The notes: generated from the sequence alone by a model not told the origin. A DNA stretch of 64,000 nucleotides from an uncultured Oscillibacter sp. (GCA_964455915.1 CAYWAS010000001.1:43882-107881); one strand, 5' to 3'; numbered from the stretch's first letter, positions 18,974 to 27,874 are shown. Numbers and translations are program-made.

Positions 18974-20638
18974 TTACTGGAGGAGCTGCAGCACGCCCTG
19001 AGGAACAGCATTCGCCTGCGCGAGCATCGCCTGCGCGGACTGAATGAGAATGTTGTTCTTCGTGTAGGCCATCATCTCGTCGGCAACATCGGTGTCGCGG
19101 ATGGTGGACTCGGCGTCCTGAATGTTCTCGGTCATGACGCTCAGGTTATTCTGGGTGTGCTCGAGGCGGTTCTGGATCGCGCCGAGGTCACCTCTGGTGG
19201 AGGAGACGGAGTTGATGGCAGCCTTGATCTTATCGACCGCAGTGGCAGCGCCGTCCTGCGTGGAGATGTCCACGCCGCCAATGCCCAGAGAAGTAACATG
19301 CATATCGCCGATCTTCACAGCCATCTGGTTGAACTCGTCCGCGGTGTCGCCGATCTGCAGGGTCAGACCCTTGTCGCCCTTGGCAAAGGTCATATCGCCC
19401 TTGTAGACAATGCTGTCTGCATCGATGCCGGCAGCGGTGTTGGCGGCAGTAGCAACCTCAAACTTTTCACCGGTAACGCGGCTCACCTCTGCCGCCACCT
19501 TTGCGGCATCATTAGCAGCCACATAACCGGCATCGGCAGCCATCTTAATCAAGTGAACATCGTCAGATACAGACTCGAGCGTCTTCGCGTCCACATTGCT
19601 GTCCACCAGCATGAACTTGTGACCGTTGATCTCAAAGGTCGCCTTAGCCATGTTCTCCTCAGTGGCAGGCTTGTTGTCGGTAGTCTTGTCCAGCGCAACT
19701 ACCTTGCTCAAATCCAGGATCTGCATGGAGTCCATACCCTTGACCGGATTGGCAGCAATCGCACCAGCCGTCGAGCTGGCAGAGAAAGCAGAGTTGCCGG
19801 AATCACTGATACCCAGAGCGGTAATCTTAGCACCGTCAGCGCCAGCCACCTTGCTGGTAAACTGAATGGCATCGCTGACATTGGTAATCTCAAACGCGGA
19901 GGACAGAGCGCTGTCCTTCTTCAGCTCAGCAATAACAGCATTTGCAAGCTCCTTAGCCGTAGGCTTTTTGTTGGTGATATCGGCAATCGTATACTCTGTA
20001 CCATCGTCCGAAGCAAACACCGTGTCAGAGCTCGCCTTGAAATTGACAGTTTTGGACTTTTCCACACCATTTTCTTCCCAAGCTACAGTGTAAGAAAATG
20101 TCTGGCTTGCTGCCATAGCATTGCTAGCAGCAGTAAATGCACCGCTCTTCGTGGAAGCTGTGACCACCTTGCTGGCGTTGAAGGAGATATTGCCGTCGAT
20201 GTTCCCCTTGCCCGCGAGGGAGCCGTCCATCAGCTTGATGCCGTTGAAGTTGGCGCTGTCCGCGATACGGTCGATTTCGGTGCAGAGCGCGGTGACTTCC
20301 TTCTGCAGGTTCGCGCGGTCGACCTCGTTATCATAGGTGCCGTTGGCAGACTGAGTCGCCAGATAGCTCATACGGTTGAGCATATCCTGGACTTCCTGCA
20401 TCGCACCCTCAGCGGTCTTGACGAGGCTGATGCCGTCCTTCACGTTCTTGCTCGCGGCGCTCAGGCCGGAGATCTGGGCACGCATCTTCTCGGAGATGGC
20501 GAGACCGGCAGCGTCGTCACCGGCGCGGTTGATCTTGTAGCCGGAGGAGAGCTTCTCGAGGTTCTTGCTCAGAGCAGAGGTGTTGTTGTTGTAGTTACGG
20601 TAGGCATTCATTGCCATAATATTGTGCTGAATTCTCAT
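18974..20638 (-). CDS. fliC: Flagellin
   Basis: MRIQHNIMAMNAYR...LEKLSSGYKINRAGDDAAGLAISEKMRAQI; C-terminus GAIQNRLEHT...AQAMLAQAN...VLQLLQ. Confidence 0.99.
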   Translation of the reverse strand: MRIQHNIMAMNAYRNYNNNTSALSKNLEKLSSGYKINRAGDDAAGLAISEKMRAQISGLSAASKNVKDGISLVKTAEGAMQEVQDMLNRMSYLATQSANGTYDNEVDRANLQKEVTALCTEIDRIADSANFNGIKLMDGSLAGKGNIDGNISFNASKVVTASTKSGAFTAASNAMAASQTFSYTVAWEENGVEKSKTVNFKASSDTVFASDDGTEYTIADITNKKPTAKELANAVIAELKKDSALSSAFEITNVSDAIQFTSKVAGADGAKITALGISDSGNSAFSASSTAGAIAANPVKGMDSMQILDLSKVVALDKTTDNKPATEENMAKATFEINGHKFMLVDSNVDAKTLESVSDDVHLIKMAADAGYVAANDAAKVAAEVSRVTGEKFEVATAANTAAGIDADSIVYKGDMTFAKGDKGLTLQIGDTADEFNQMAVKIGDMHVTSLGIGGVDISTQDGAATAVDKIKAAINSVSSTRGDLGAIQNRLEHTQNNLSVMTENIQDAESTIRDTDVADEMMAYTKNNILIQSAQAMLAQANAVPQGVLQLLQ

Positions 20639-20872
20639 TACTATTGCATCCTTTCAATAATAAAATAGTGCGGGGGTAAATGGTTTACGCGCCGCAACAT
20701 CCTGCCTTGGCGCGTTTGTTCACGCTCGGAGCCGGACGCCGTGGCCTTTGGCGACCTTCCCTTCCCGTGAACGGGTGTATTCCCGCCGGTCCTCGTGGGG
20801 CCAGAAGAAACCGATCTTGCTTGCCGGAGCGGCAAAGCCGCGCCGACGGTGACCTCAAAAAAGCTTTTTCTA
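20639..20872 (-). promoter_or_regulatory. Long structured flagellin 5' leader with two AGGAUG CsrA-type sites
   Basis: AGGATG at 20698-20703 inside the ACGCGCC...GGCGCGT stem (20687-20715) and at 20647-20652 overlapping the SD; fliW-csrA are in the window. Transcription start inferred from the promoter. Confidence 0.7.
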
Positions 20873-20878
20873 TGGTTT

Positions 20879-20906
20879 ATATCGGTCGTAATTTGGAAAA
20901 AATAAG
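20879..20906 (-). promoter_or_regulatory. Putative sigma28 promoter of fliC
   Basis: -10 ACCGATAT (20886-20879) with CTTATTTTTT starting 20 bp upstream. Confidence 0.7.
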
Positions 20907-20960
20907 GGGCAACGGAAAATTTTATGCAAAAATTTTGTGGTTGCGCGTAAGGAGGCGTGT

Positions 20961-22391
20961 ATGGAGCTGAGCTTTTCGCGGCTGTGTCGGGACGAGGCGA
21001 TGCGCGGGCGCTTGCGTGCGCAGATCGACCGCTGCGCGCTGCGCGGGCAGAGCTGGGAGCTGGCGGCGTGTGCGCTGCCGGAGGGCTGTCGCCCCGCGCG
21101 GGTGACGCTGGGGTTTTACCGGCGCGCGGACGGGGCGTATGTGATGTACTGGCGGCCGACGGTGGTCTATCGCGGGGATGGTCGGGGGCTGGGGCTGCTG
21201 TTTGCGCAGTGCCTGTGGTCGTTCGAGCGCTACGAGCTGCTGTCGGCGCGGCTGGGGTCGCTGCGCGCGGAGCTCGGCGCGGAGGAGGAATCGCCTCTCC
21301 CCTGCCCTGCTGCGTCGATCGGGAGCGGGTCGCTGCGCGCGCGGCTCGGCGCGCGGGTGTTCGGTCAGGCGGCGGCGGTGGAGGCCGCGGCGTATTATCT
21401 GGATGGGCATCTTGCCAAGTGCGCACCCGCGCGCCCGCTCTCGCTGATCCTGCACGGGCCGACGGGGGTCGGCAAGTCGGAGCTGGGGCGCGCGGCGGCG
21501 GAGCTGCTGACGCAGTCGGACGGCGAAGCGTGGCAATCGGTGTGGACGGAGCTGAACACCTTCACGCACGCGCACTCGGTCTATCGTCTGACAGGCGCAC
21601 CGCCGGGGTATGTCGGCTACGAGGACGAGCCGGTTTTCGCGGCGGTGCAGCGCAATCCGCGCACGGTGTTTCTCTTCGACGAGCTGGACAAGGCGCACCC
21701 GGAGCTGTGGAAGGTGTTCATGTCCGTGCTGGACGAGGGGCGCTGTTCGCTCCATCGCGTTGCGCGGGACGGGCCGCGCGAGCTGGATCTGCGGCGGTGT
21801 GTGTTTCTGTTCACGACGAATCTTGATCTCAGCGCTGCCGCGATGCGCACGGTGGGCTTCGCGGCGGAGGCAGACGGCAGCAAAGCAGCCGCCGCACCGG
21901 TCGAGCTGGCGCAGCGGCTGTATGATGAAAATGAGGTCGGGCGTCGGGCGCTGATCCGCCATGGCGTCCTGCAAGAAGTCGCGGGACGCTTCACGGGGAT
22001 CATTGGCTTCCGTCCGCTGGACGATGCAGCGCAGCGGCAGATCGCCGCGCGAAAGGCCGTCTCACTCGGCGAGGAGTACGGACTGCACATCGCACGCGTC
22101 ACGCCGGAGGCCGCCGCAGCGCTCCTGCCCGCAGAGGCGGGCGTGTCGATCCGCTCCGCGCTGTGTCTGATCGAGGCAAAGCTCGCTCCGCTGTATCAGC
22201 GGGCGGCAGCCGGTGCCGCGTCCGCGGCGCTTCAGCTCACATCGATAGACGGCATAGTGATGCTCTCGGACTTCTCCTCCGCGGGCTTTTCCTCCTTCGC
22301 GGGCTTCGACGCCGTGGGCTTTGACACAGCGGGCGTCGCCGCGCGCATGGAAAGCTCATGCACCGAATTCTCGTCAGACAAAAAACGGTAG
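20961..22391 (+). CDS. Stand-alone AAA+ ATPase of the ClpA/ClpB second-NBD (D2) type with an unrecognised N-terminal domain
   Basis: RVFGQAAAV, Walker A GPTGVGKS, pore loop LTGAPPGYVGY, Walker B LFDELDKAH, sensor-1 FTTN, Arg finger EVAGRF; AAGGAGG RBS before ATG 20961. Confidence 0.85.
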   Translation: MELSFSRLCRDEAMRGRLRAQIDRCALRGQSWELAACALPEGCRPARVTLGFYRRADGAYVMYWRPTVVYRGDGRGLGLLFAQCLWSFERYELLSARLGSLRAELGAEEESPLPCPAASIGSGSLRARLGARVFGQAAAVEAAAYYLDGHLAKCAPARPLSLILHGPTGVGKSELGRAAAELLTQSDGEAWQSVWTELNTFTHAHSVYRLTGAPPGYVGYEDEPVFAAVQRNPRTVFLFDELDKAHPELWKVFMSVLDEGRCSLHRVARDGPRELDLRRCVFLFTTNLDLSAAAMRTVGFAAEADGSKAAAAPVELAQRLYDENEVGRRALIRHGVLQEVAGRFTGIIGFRPLDDAAQRQIAARKAVSLGEEYGLHIARVTPEAAAALLPAEAGVSIRSALCLIEAKLAPLYQRAAAGAASAALQLTSIDGIVMLSDFSSAGFSSFAGFDAVGFDTAGVAARMESSCTEFSSDKKR

Positions 22392-23101
22392 AGATGCAGT
22401 CCGTCGGACGAGAGGAAATAGTTCCCCGCGATGATGTTGGTGCCGTGCTTTTCGTCCACACGGTAGATGTCGATGCGCATACAGCTCTGCCCGTTGATCA
22501 TGACCAGACCGTCGCGGGAGTAGACGCGATACATCTCCATGCTATCGCCGTCCAGCTCCAAAACCGAGGGCGAGATCGCTTTGATCCGATCCACTGCGGA
22601 GGAAAAGGTGATCGCCTGCATATTGCCTGCCTGCGCAGCGCTTTTCGGCGGGTAGGTCATTGCGGCAGGGACCTGTTCCAGCGTGACGGTGCAAACGCCC
22701 GTCTCCCAGCGAATGCCCATGGCGATCGCCTGCCTCTCTCCGTCCCCCTCGGGCTTGGGAAGGCGATGGACCAGATAGGCGCTCCCGCTCTCCGTAGAAA
22801 GGTCGGGCGCTTCCTCGGTCTCCTGCAAGGACTCCTCGGCGTAGAGAAAGCCCATATCCTCCGTTGTGAGGAGCGCCGCGTAAGCGGCGACCACGGAGGC
22901 CGCGTTCGTCATACCCTCATAGCGGTATGCGATGAGCGTGACTGCTTCCTCCTCGTCCGCGCTGTCCGTTTCCTCCGGCTCCTCCGGCTCTTCCGCGTCT
23001 TCCGCGGAGAACAGGCGGTCCTTTAATAAGAACACCGCAGCCAAAACGATCACAGCGGCCAACGCGATGATCACTTTTTTATTGCCTAATAATCGTTTCA
23101 C
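22232..23101 (-). CDS. Membrane-anchored hypothetical protein
   Basis: 289 aa; N-terminal basic plus hydrophobic anchor (KKVIIALAAVIVLAAVFLL), acidic linker; last gene of the DUF342 operon. Confidence 0.75.
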   Translation of the reverse strand: MKRLLGNKKVIIALAAVIVLAAVFLLKDRLFSAEDAEEPEEPEETDSADEEEAVTLIAYRYEGMTNAASVVAAYAALLTTEDMGFLYAEESLQETEEAPDLSTESGSAYLVHRLPKPEGDGERQAIAMGIRWETGVCTVTLEQVPAAMTYPPKSAAQAGNMQAITFSSAVDRIKAISPSVLELDGDSMEMYRVYSRDGLVMINGQSCMRIDIYRVDEKHGTNIIAGNYFLSSDGLHLYRFLSDENSVHELSMRAATPAVSKPTASKPAKEEKPAEEKSESITMPSIDVS

Positions 23102-23138
23102 TCGTTTTCTTCTCCTTCAGCCGCTATTCGGCTGCTCT

Positions 23139-25067
23139 TCACATACAGCGGATCGTCACACTGTCCCGATCCTGCACGACCTGAAGAAAGCCCGCTTCGC
23201 TCCCGTTGACCGCGAGATAAACCGGCTGCTCCAGCGTCTCAAAATCCAGACCGGAGTGCTCCAGAAGATCCATCAGATAGTAGGGCTGGCCGTCCTCCTT
23301 CGCTTGCAGGGTCAGCGGCTTTTCGTTGAGCAGAATGTGAACGGAGTGAGCGCTCACACGCGGCTCGGCAGGCGTCTCGATCTGCACGGTCGGCTCTTCG
23401 ATGTGCGCCTCCACCACCTCTTCCGGCTGCTTCGGTTCCGATTCCGGCTCCTGCTCCTGCGCAGGCTCCTCTTCCCGTTCTGCCGTGGGCTGCTTCTCCA
23501 GCGTCAGAATCACATCGCCCTGCTTGAGCGGCGTGTCCATCGGACAGTCGAGATTGTTGAGCAAAACGCGGCCGCAGAAGTCTTCCCCGAGGAACTGCCC
23601 CAGCGTTTTTTTCGCGTCGGTCCCCTTCTGCGCCGGAACGAAGCGGATCCTGTCTCCGGCATGGACCGGCATATTGATCGCAGCCTCTTCCTCGTTGAGC
23701 TGTAGCACCGCCGGTATAGACGGCTCGCCGCGCAGCACGACCAACTGCCCGTCGTAGGTGACGCTCATGCTCTTTCCGGTCCCGCCAAGCATATCGGCGT
23801 AGGTGTAGCCATTCATCAGCAGCACATCGCGAAGGCTCAGCGTCCCGCTTCGGAACAGCTTCGCCGGTGCGCCGTTGAGCATGACGACATAGCTGTCGTT
23901 CAACAGACCGAGACCAGCGGAGACCGCGATCCCCAGCGGGGTCGTATACTCCGGATTGTCCAGCCTGATCTGCTCCGAAAAGGCACTCTTGGCAAAATTA
24001 TTGCCGGCGATGGCCACTCGTCTCTGATCCATGCCGAGGCTCTCCGCGACCTTTTCGCGCAGACCGCTCAGCTTGCTTCCGCCGCCCGCCAGAAATACCG
24101 CAGACGGCGCAGCGCCGTTCACCGAGACGATCTGCTCGGCGATCGCTTCGGCGAGTTTGGACAAGGGCGCGTCGATCGCAGCGCAAATGTCCTCATAGCT
24201 GTAGGTTTGCTCCAGCCCGAGGATATCGATGAAGCTGCTCTCCTCGCCGACCTTCAAGCCGCGCTTGATCTGCTCCGCCGTTTGGAAATCCACAAGGTAC
24301 GCCTGCATGAGCGCCTCTGTGATCTCATCACCGGCGACCGTCGCCATGGTATAGCCGACAACGCTCCCGTCCTTGCAGATCGCGATATCCGTGGTGCCCG
24401 CGCCGATGTCCACGAGTGCCAGATTCAGCATTCGAAGCTCCGACGGGATCGCCGCGTTCATGGCGGCGATCGGCTCGAGCGTCATGCTCGCGACCTGAAG
24501 TCCGGCCGAGCGCATCGCGGCGTAAAGGCTCTCCACGACCTCCCCGGGCAGGAAGGTCGCCACGATATCCACCTCCGCCACAGCTCCGCTATGGTCGAGC
24601 AGCGCCGTGAGCGGGTAACCGTCCAGCCGATACTGCGAGACGGTGTAGCCGACGAGGAAAAACTGCTGTTTTGTCTCCTCCTGCGCCTGCAGCGCCTGCT
24701 CCGCTTCGGAAACCGCGCCGGCCTCCAATCGGCTGATCTGCTCGGCATCGATGCTCTTCCCGCCGGTCAGGGCGAGAGAAAAGCTGCCGCGCTCCGTGCG
24801 CAGCGCGCGACCGGCGGCGGCAACGCAGACGCGCTCCAGCCGCACGCCCAGCCGCTCCTCCAATCGGTGTGTGACCGTCTGCGCCAGTCCGGCCACCTGC
24901 TGGATATTGTCGATCTGACCGTCGATCATGGCTCGCTTGCTGTGCTCGGCAAGCTCCACATCGAGGACCTTGAGACGGTCCCCCTCCGCGACACCTACGA
25001 GCCCCACAACGCAGCGGGTCCCGATATCCAGCGCATAGATCAGATCATTTCCGGCTGCTGCATTCAT
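23139..25067 (-). CDS. FtsA-like actin-fold ATPase with C-terminal beta-grasp (ThiS/MoaD-like) repeats
   Basis: Actin-fold motifs ALDIGT, LEPIAA, LVDIGAGTTDI, VFLAGGGSKL, TTPLGIA; C-terminal repeats such as LAVNGSEAGFLQVVQDRDSVTI and VLLNN...PLKQGDVI. Confidence 0.85.
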   Translation of the reverse strand: MNAAAGNDLIYALDIGTRCVVGLVGVAEGDRLKVLDVELAEHSKRAMIDGQIDNIQQVAGLAQTVTHRLEERLGVRLERVCVAAAGRALRTERGSFSLALTGGKSIDAEQISRLEAGAVSEAEQALQAQEETKQQFFLVGYTVSQYRLDGYPLTALLDHSGAVAEVDIVATFLPGEVVESLYAAMRSAGLQVASMTLEPIAAMNAAIPSELRMLNLALVDIGAGTTDIAICKDGSVVGYTMATVAGDEITEALMQAYLVDFQTAEQIKRGLKVGEESSFIDILGLEQTYSYEDICAAIDAPLSKLAEAIAEQIVSVNGAAPSAVFLAGGGSKLSGLREKVAESLGMDQRRVAIAGNNFAKSAFSEQIRLDNPEYTTPLGIAVSAGLGLLNDSYVVMLNGAPAKLFRSGTLSLRDVLLMNGYTYADMLGGTGKSMSVTYDGQLVVLRGEPSIPAVLQLNEEEAAINMPVHAGDRIRFVPAQKGTDAKKTLGQFLGEDFCGRVLLNNLDCPMDTPLKQGDVILTLEKQPTAEREEEPAQEQEPESEPKQPEEVVEAHIEEPTVQIETPAEPRVSAHSVHILLNEKPLTLQAKEDGQPYYLMDLLEHSGLDFETLEQPVYLAVNGSEAGFLQVVQDRDSVTIRCM

Positions 25068-25088
25068 TCAGCCCACGCTCCTTCTTCG

Positions 25089-25469
25089 TTATCCCTTGCC
25101 GATCGCCTTCATCGCGCCCTGCAAGCCCTCCAGAAGAGATTCCTTCGTAAAGGGCTTGAAGAGAAAGCCCTTCGCGCCCAGCGCAGCGGCCTTATCGATA
25201 ATGTCGCCATACGCCATAGACGAGACCATAAACACCTGCGCGTCCGGCCACTTTTTCCGCAGCGCATCGCAGGTCTCCAGCCCGTCCATACCAGGCATCA
25301 CAATATCCATCGTCACAAGATCGGGCATCACCTGTTCATACTGCTCCAGCGCTTCCTCGCCGGTCCTGCAATAAGCTGCGATCTCAAATTCGCTGCCCTC
25401 CAGCATTTTTTTCATTTCCGAGTGGATCACGCGTGAATCGTCAACCACCATGAGTTTATAGTGTGCCAT
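25089..25469 (-). CDS. Second CheY-like single-domain response regulator
   Basis: VVDDS, TMDIVMP (phospho-Asp), VSS and FKPF conserved; follows cheX. Confidence 0.88.
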   Translation of the reverse strand: MAHYKLMVVDDSRVIHSEMKKMLEGSEFEIAAYCRTGEEALEQYEQVMPDLVTMDIVMPGMDGLETCDALRKKWPDAQVFMVSSMAYGDIIDKAAALGAKGFLFKPFTKESLLEGLQGAMKAIGKG

Positions 25470-25484
25470 TGGTACTCCCCCTTC

Positions 25485-25979
25485 TTATTGTGCTCTTTGC
25501 GAAGTGAGCGTCCAGGAAAAGACCGCCCCTTCGTTGCTGTCGCTTATGAAATCCACCGAATATACTCTGTTTTCATTCTGCATCGCGGCGGCATCGTTAT
25601 GATGCCTGTAGATCGTCGGCAGAAAGCGGGCGGACTGCCCGGTCAGGTTGTAGAGCTCCGAAACGAATCGTCCGCAGACCATGTTGAAAAATTCCGTTGC
25701 GTACTCCTCTACCTCTTCCTGATCGCTCGCCGGTGCCCCGATCATGCCGGCCGCCAGCCGCTCAAAAAGACTCTGCTCGGCCTCGAGCCACATGAGCAGT
25801 GTGAATTCACCCCTCGTCTCGGCGTATACGACACCGAGCGGCTGCGTTGAAAAGCGTATCGGTCCGCCCTGTGCTCTTGAGATCTGTATTCCGCTGATCT
25901 GCTCTAATATCTCGCAGAGAAGCTGCTCAGCCAACTGGCTGACCCACTCCTGCTCGATCGCTTTTTGCAAGCAGATCAC
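25485..25979 (-). CDS. cheX: CheX-family CheY-P phosphatase
   Basis: VEEYATEFFNMVCGRF ExxN motif; size about 164 aa. Confidence 0.8.
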   Translation of the reverse strand: MICLQKAIEQEWVSQLAEQLLCEILEQISGIQISRAQGGPIRFSTQPLGVVYAETRGEFTLLMWLEAEQSLFERLAAGMIGAPASDQEEVEEYATEFFNMVCGRFVSELYNLTGQSARFLPTIYRHHNDAAAMQNENRVYSVDFISDSNEGAVFSWTLTSQRAQ

Positions 25980-25988
25980 CTCCCCTGC

Positions 25989-27716
25989 TTAGTAAATACT
26001 TTTGATTTCCTCTTCCTTGACATCGTAGACCATGCGGCAGCGATGACAGGGCTCCTTCGCCACCCAGGTGCGATTGTGGATCTTCAATGCGGTGACCGGA
26101 TAGACATCATCTGCCTCAAACCGGCACTTGGAAAGATCCGGAAGGATCAGCTTCAGGCTCTCGCGCGCGGCAAGCTGCTTCTTTTCCTTCATTCCCAGCA
26201 TGGACTTGCGCAGCCGCGCCCTTGCGAGCTCCGGCGTACTGCTCTCCTGTCCGCCGATCCGCTCCAGATAGCCAAGATCCTTCTCAAGCCGCTCCATTTC
26301 CGCGTGGATCTCCTCCAGCCGGTCCTCCACGGCCTGCATCTCCGTTTGAACATAGGGCAGCACGCCCAGCGTCAGCTCCGTTCTGCGGCCGGACTGCGCG
26401 CCGACCATCTTCGCGCGTATGGAGTAGGCCGCTGTCAAAGCACCGCCGATCACGCTGCCGCGGCCGCTCGTCACATTGATCCCCTCGTCGCTGAAGATCT
26501 GCGAGGTCATGATGCAGTCCGCATAAACGGTCTTCCCCGCATAAAGCACGCAGTTTTCAAGATATTTCGCGCGGACGCAGCCCTTGCTTCGCAGCAGCGC
26601 CCGATGATCTCCGACAACGCCGCGGCTGATGACAAGGTCTCCGCCTGCCTCCACGGTCGCAGCCTCTACAAGACCGTCGATCGTAACAGTGCCGCTTGCC
26701 CGCACCTCGAAGCCTTCCCGCACATCTTTATAGATGTGGACATCTCCGTTGAACTCGATGTTGCCCGTCGAATAGTCGACATCGCCGCGGATCTCCAGCA
26801 CCGGACGGACATGGAAGGAGCCGTTGGCAAATTCCAGATGCCCTTCGCGCGTTGCGACCAAATGCAGCCCATCGTCGCTGATCGCGGTGTTGCTGCCCTT
26901 CGGCACCTTCGCCGGTCGGACCGGCTTCGGGCGGACGATCTTTCCGTCCACCTGAACACCCGCCGTTCCCTCCTGCGGAAGTACGATGTCGCAGATGCAG
27001 GTGTCCTTCTCGATCTGACGGACATAGTTCATCGAGCGGTAGTCCGCCGTGCCGTCTTCGTTTATCATGACCTCCCGCGTGACCTCGCGGGGGAAGAGCT
27101 CCGTCACCTTGCCGTCGGACCCCTCCACCGGCTCCGTGCCCGCCGCAATGGGGATCAGTTCAAAATACGGGTGCTCCTGCAGCAGACGCACGACCTCGTT
27201 GGAGTCGATGCCGGTCATCACGCCGGCGTCCTGAAGCGCCTTGCCCAGCGCGCCCGCCTCGAACTGTCCCTCGGGACCAAAGGGCGGAAAGAAGAATACC
27301 CACGCCAGCATCTTGTCTCTGGACAGATAGACCTGACAACTGCTGCTCAGCGAGAAATTCTCCTGCTCTTTTCCCTTTTCGATCAGATGGAGACGGCTCT
27401 TCGCGTCCTGCTCCAGCTTGACGATCAGACGAACGCGCTCCTGCTCCAGAAGGTGTGCCGCCCGTTCCGGATCGCGTACATTTTTCGCCGGAGCGATCTC
27501 AAGCAGCGGCGGCACGGACGAGTTTGTCCACAGCTCCCACAGCTTCAGCGAAGCACCTTTGATCTCCGGCAGATAGATCTTATGCTCAATCGGACGATCG
27601 TCCTCGTCCGAGGTATGTTCAAGCTCTGAAGGTTGAGAAGGTACATCTTGTTCGATTTTCTCCGATTCGACCGCATTTTTGCGAAACGGGCTTCCAAAGT
27701 GCCATTTCCTGCTCAT
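25989..27716 (-). CDS. DUF342/FapA family protein
   Basis: LSRDKMLAWV...ALQDAGVMTGID N-terminal motif; GDVDYSTGNIEFNGDVHI...GGDLVISRGVVG beta-helix repeats. Confidence 0.88.
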   Translation of the reverse strand: MSRKWHFGSPFRKNAVESEKIEQDVPSQPSELEHTSDEDDRPIEHKIYLPEIKGASLKLWELWTNSSVPPLLEIAPAKNVRDPERAAHLLEQERVRLIVKLEQDAKSRLHLIEKGKEQENFSLSSSCQVYLSRDKMLAWVFFFPPFGPEGQFEAGALGKALQDAGVMTGIDSNEVVRLLQEHPYFELIPIAAGTEPVEGSDGKVTELFPREVTREVMINEDGTADYRSMNYVRQIEKDTCICDIVLPQEGTAGVQVDGKIVRPKPVRPAKVPKGSNTAISDDGLHLVATREGHLEFANGSFHVRPVLEIRGDVDYSTGNIEFNGDVHIYKDVREGFEVRASGTVTIDGLVEAATVEAGGDLVISRGVVGDHRALLRSKGCVRAKYLENCVLYAGKTVYADCIMTSQIFSDEGINVTSGRGSVIGGALTAAYSIRAKMVGAQSGRRTELTLGVLPYVQTEMQAVEDRLEEIHAEMERLEKDLGYLERIGGQESSTPELARARLRKSMLGMKEKKQLAARESLKLILPDLSKCRFEADDVYPVTALKIHNRTWVAKEPCHRCRMVYDVKEEEIKSIY

Positions 27717-27752
27717 ACGATGTCCTCCCTCCTGTTAAAATAATTTTCTGTG

Positions 27753-27792
27753 AAAAAGCCAGAAAGCGGTGCAAGCCCGCTTTCTGGCTTTT
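27753..27792 (-). terminator. Rho-independent terminator after the MCP gene
   Basis: AAAAGCCAGAAAGCGG...CCGCTTTCTGGCTTTT inverted repeat. Confidence 0.85.
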
Positions 27793-27874
27793 CAGACACA
27801 GCTCCAGAATTGCGGATGGTCCGGTTATTCGGATCGCATCAGTGGAATGTATCGCTCACGCCCCCCTCGGCGGA

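Noticed and set aside
20916-20936. CodY-like boxes (AATTTTATGCAAAAA here; AATTTTCAAAAACGC near 6580)
   Set aside because: About 4 mismatches to AATTTTCWGAAAATT in AT-rich spacers; not distinguishable from chance.
20641-21426. 261-aa minus-strand ORF directly upstream of fliC (and 20680-20970 on the plus strand)
   Set aside because: Pro/Arg/Ala low-complexity; overlaps the AAA+ gene antisense and spans the fliC promoter and leader.
23139-23300. Ubiquitin-like conjugation system based on the beta-grasp repeats of the FtsA-like protein
   Set aside because: The C-terminus ends TIRCM without Gly-Gly, and no E1/ThiF or JAB gene is in the window; treated as interaction domains instead.
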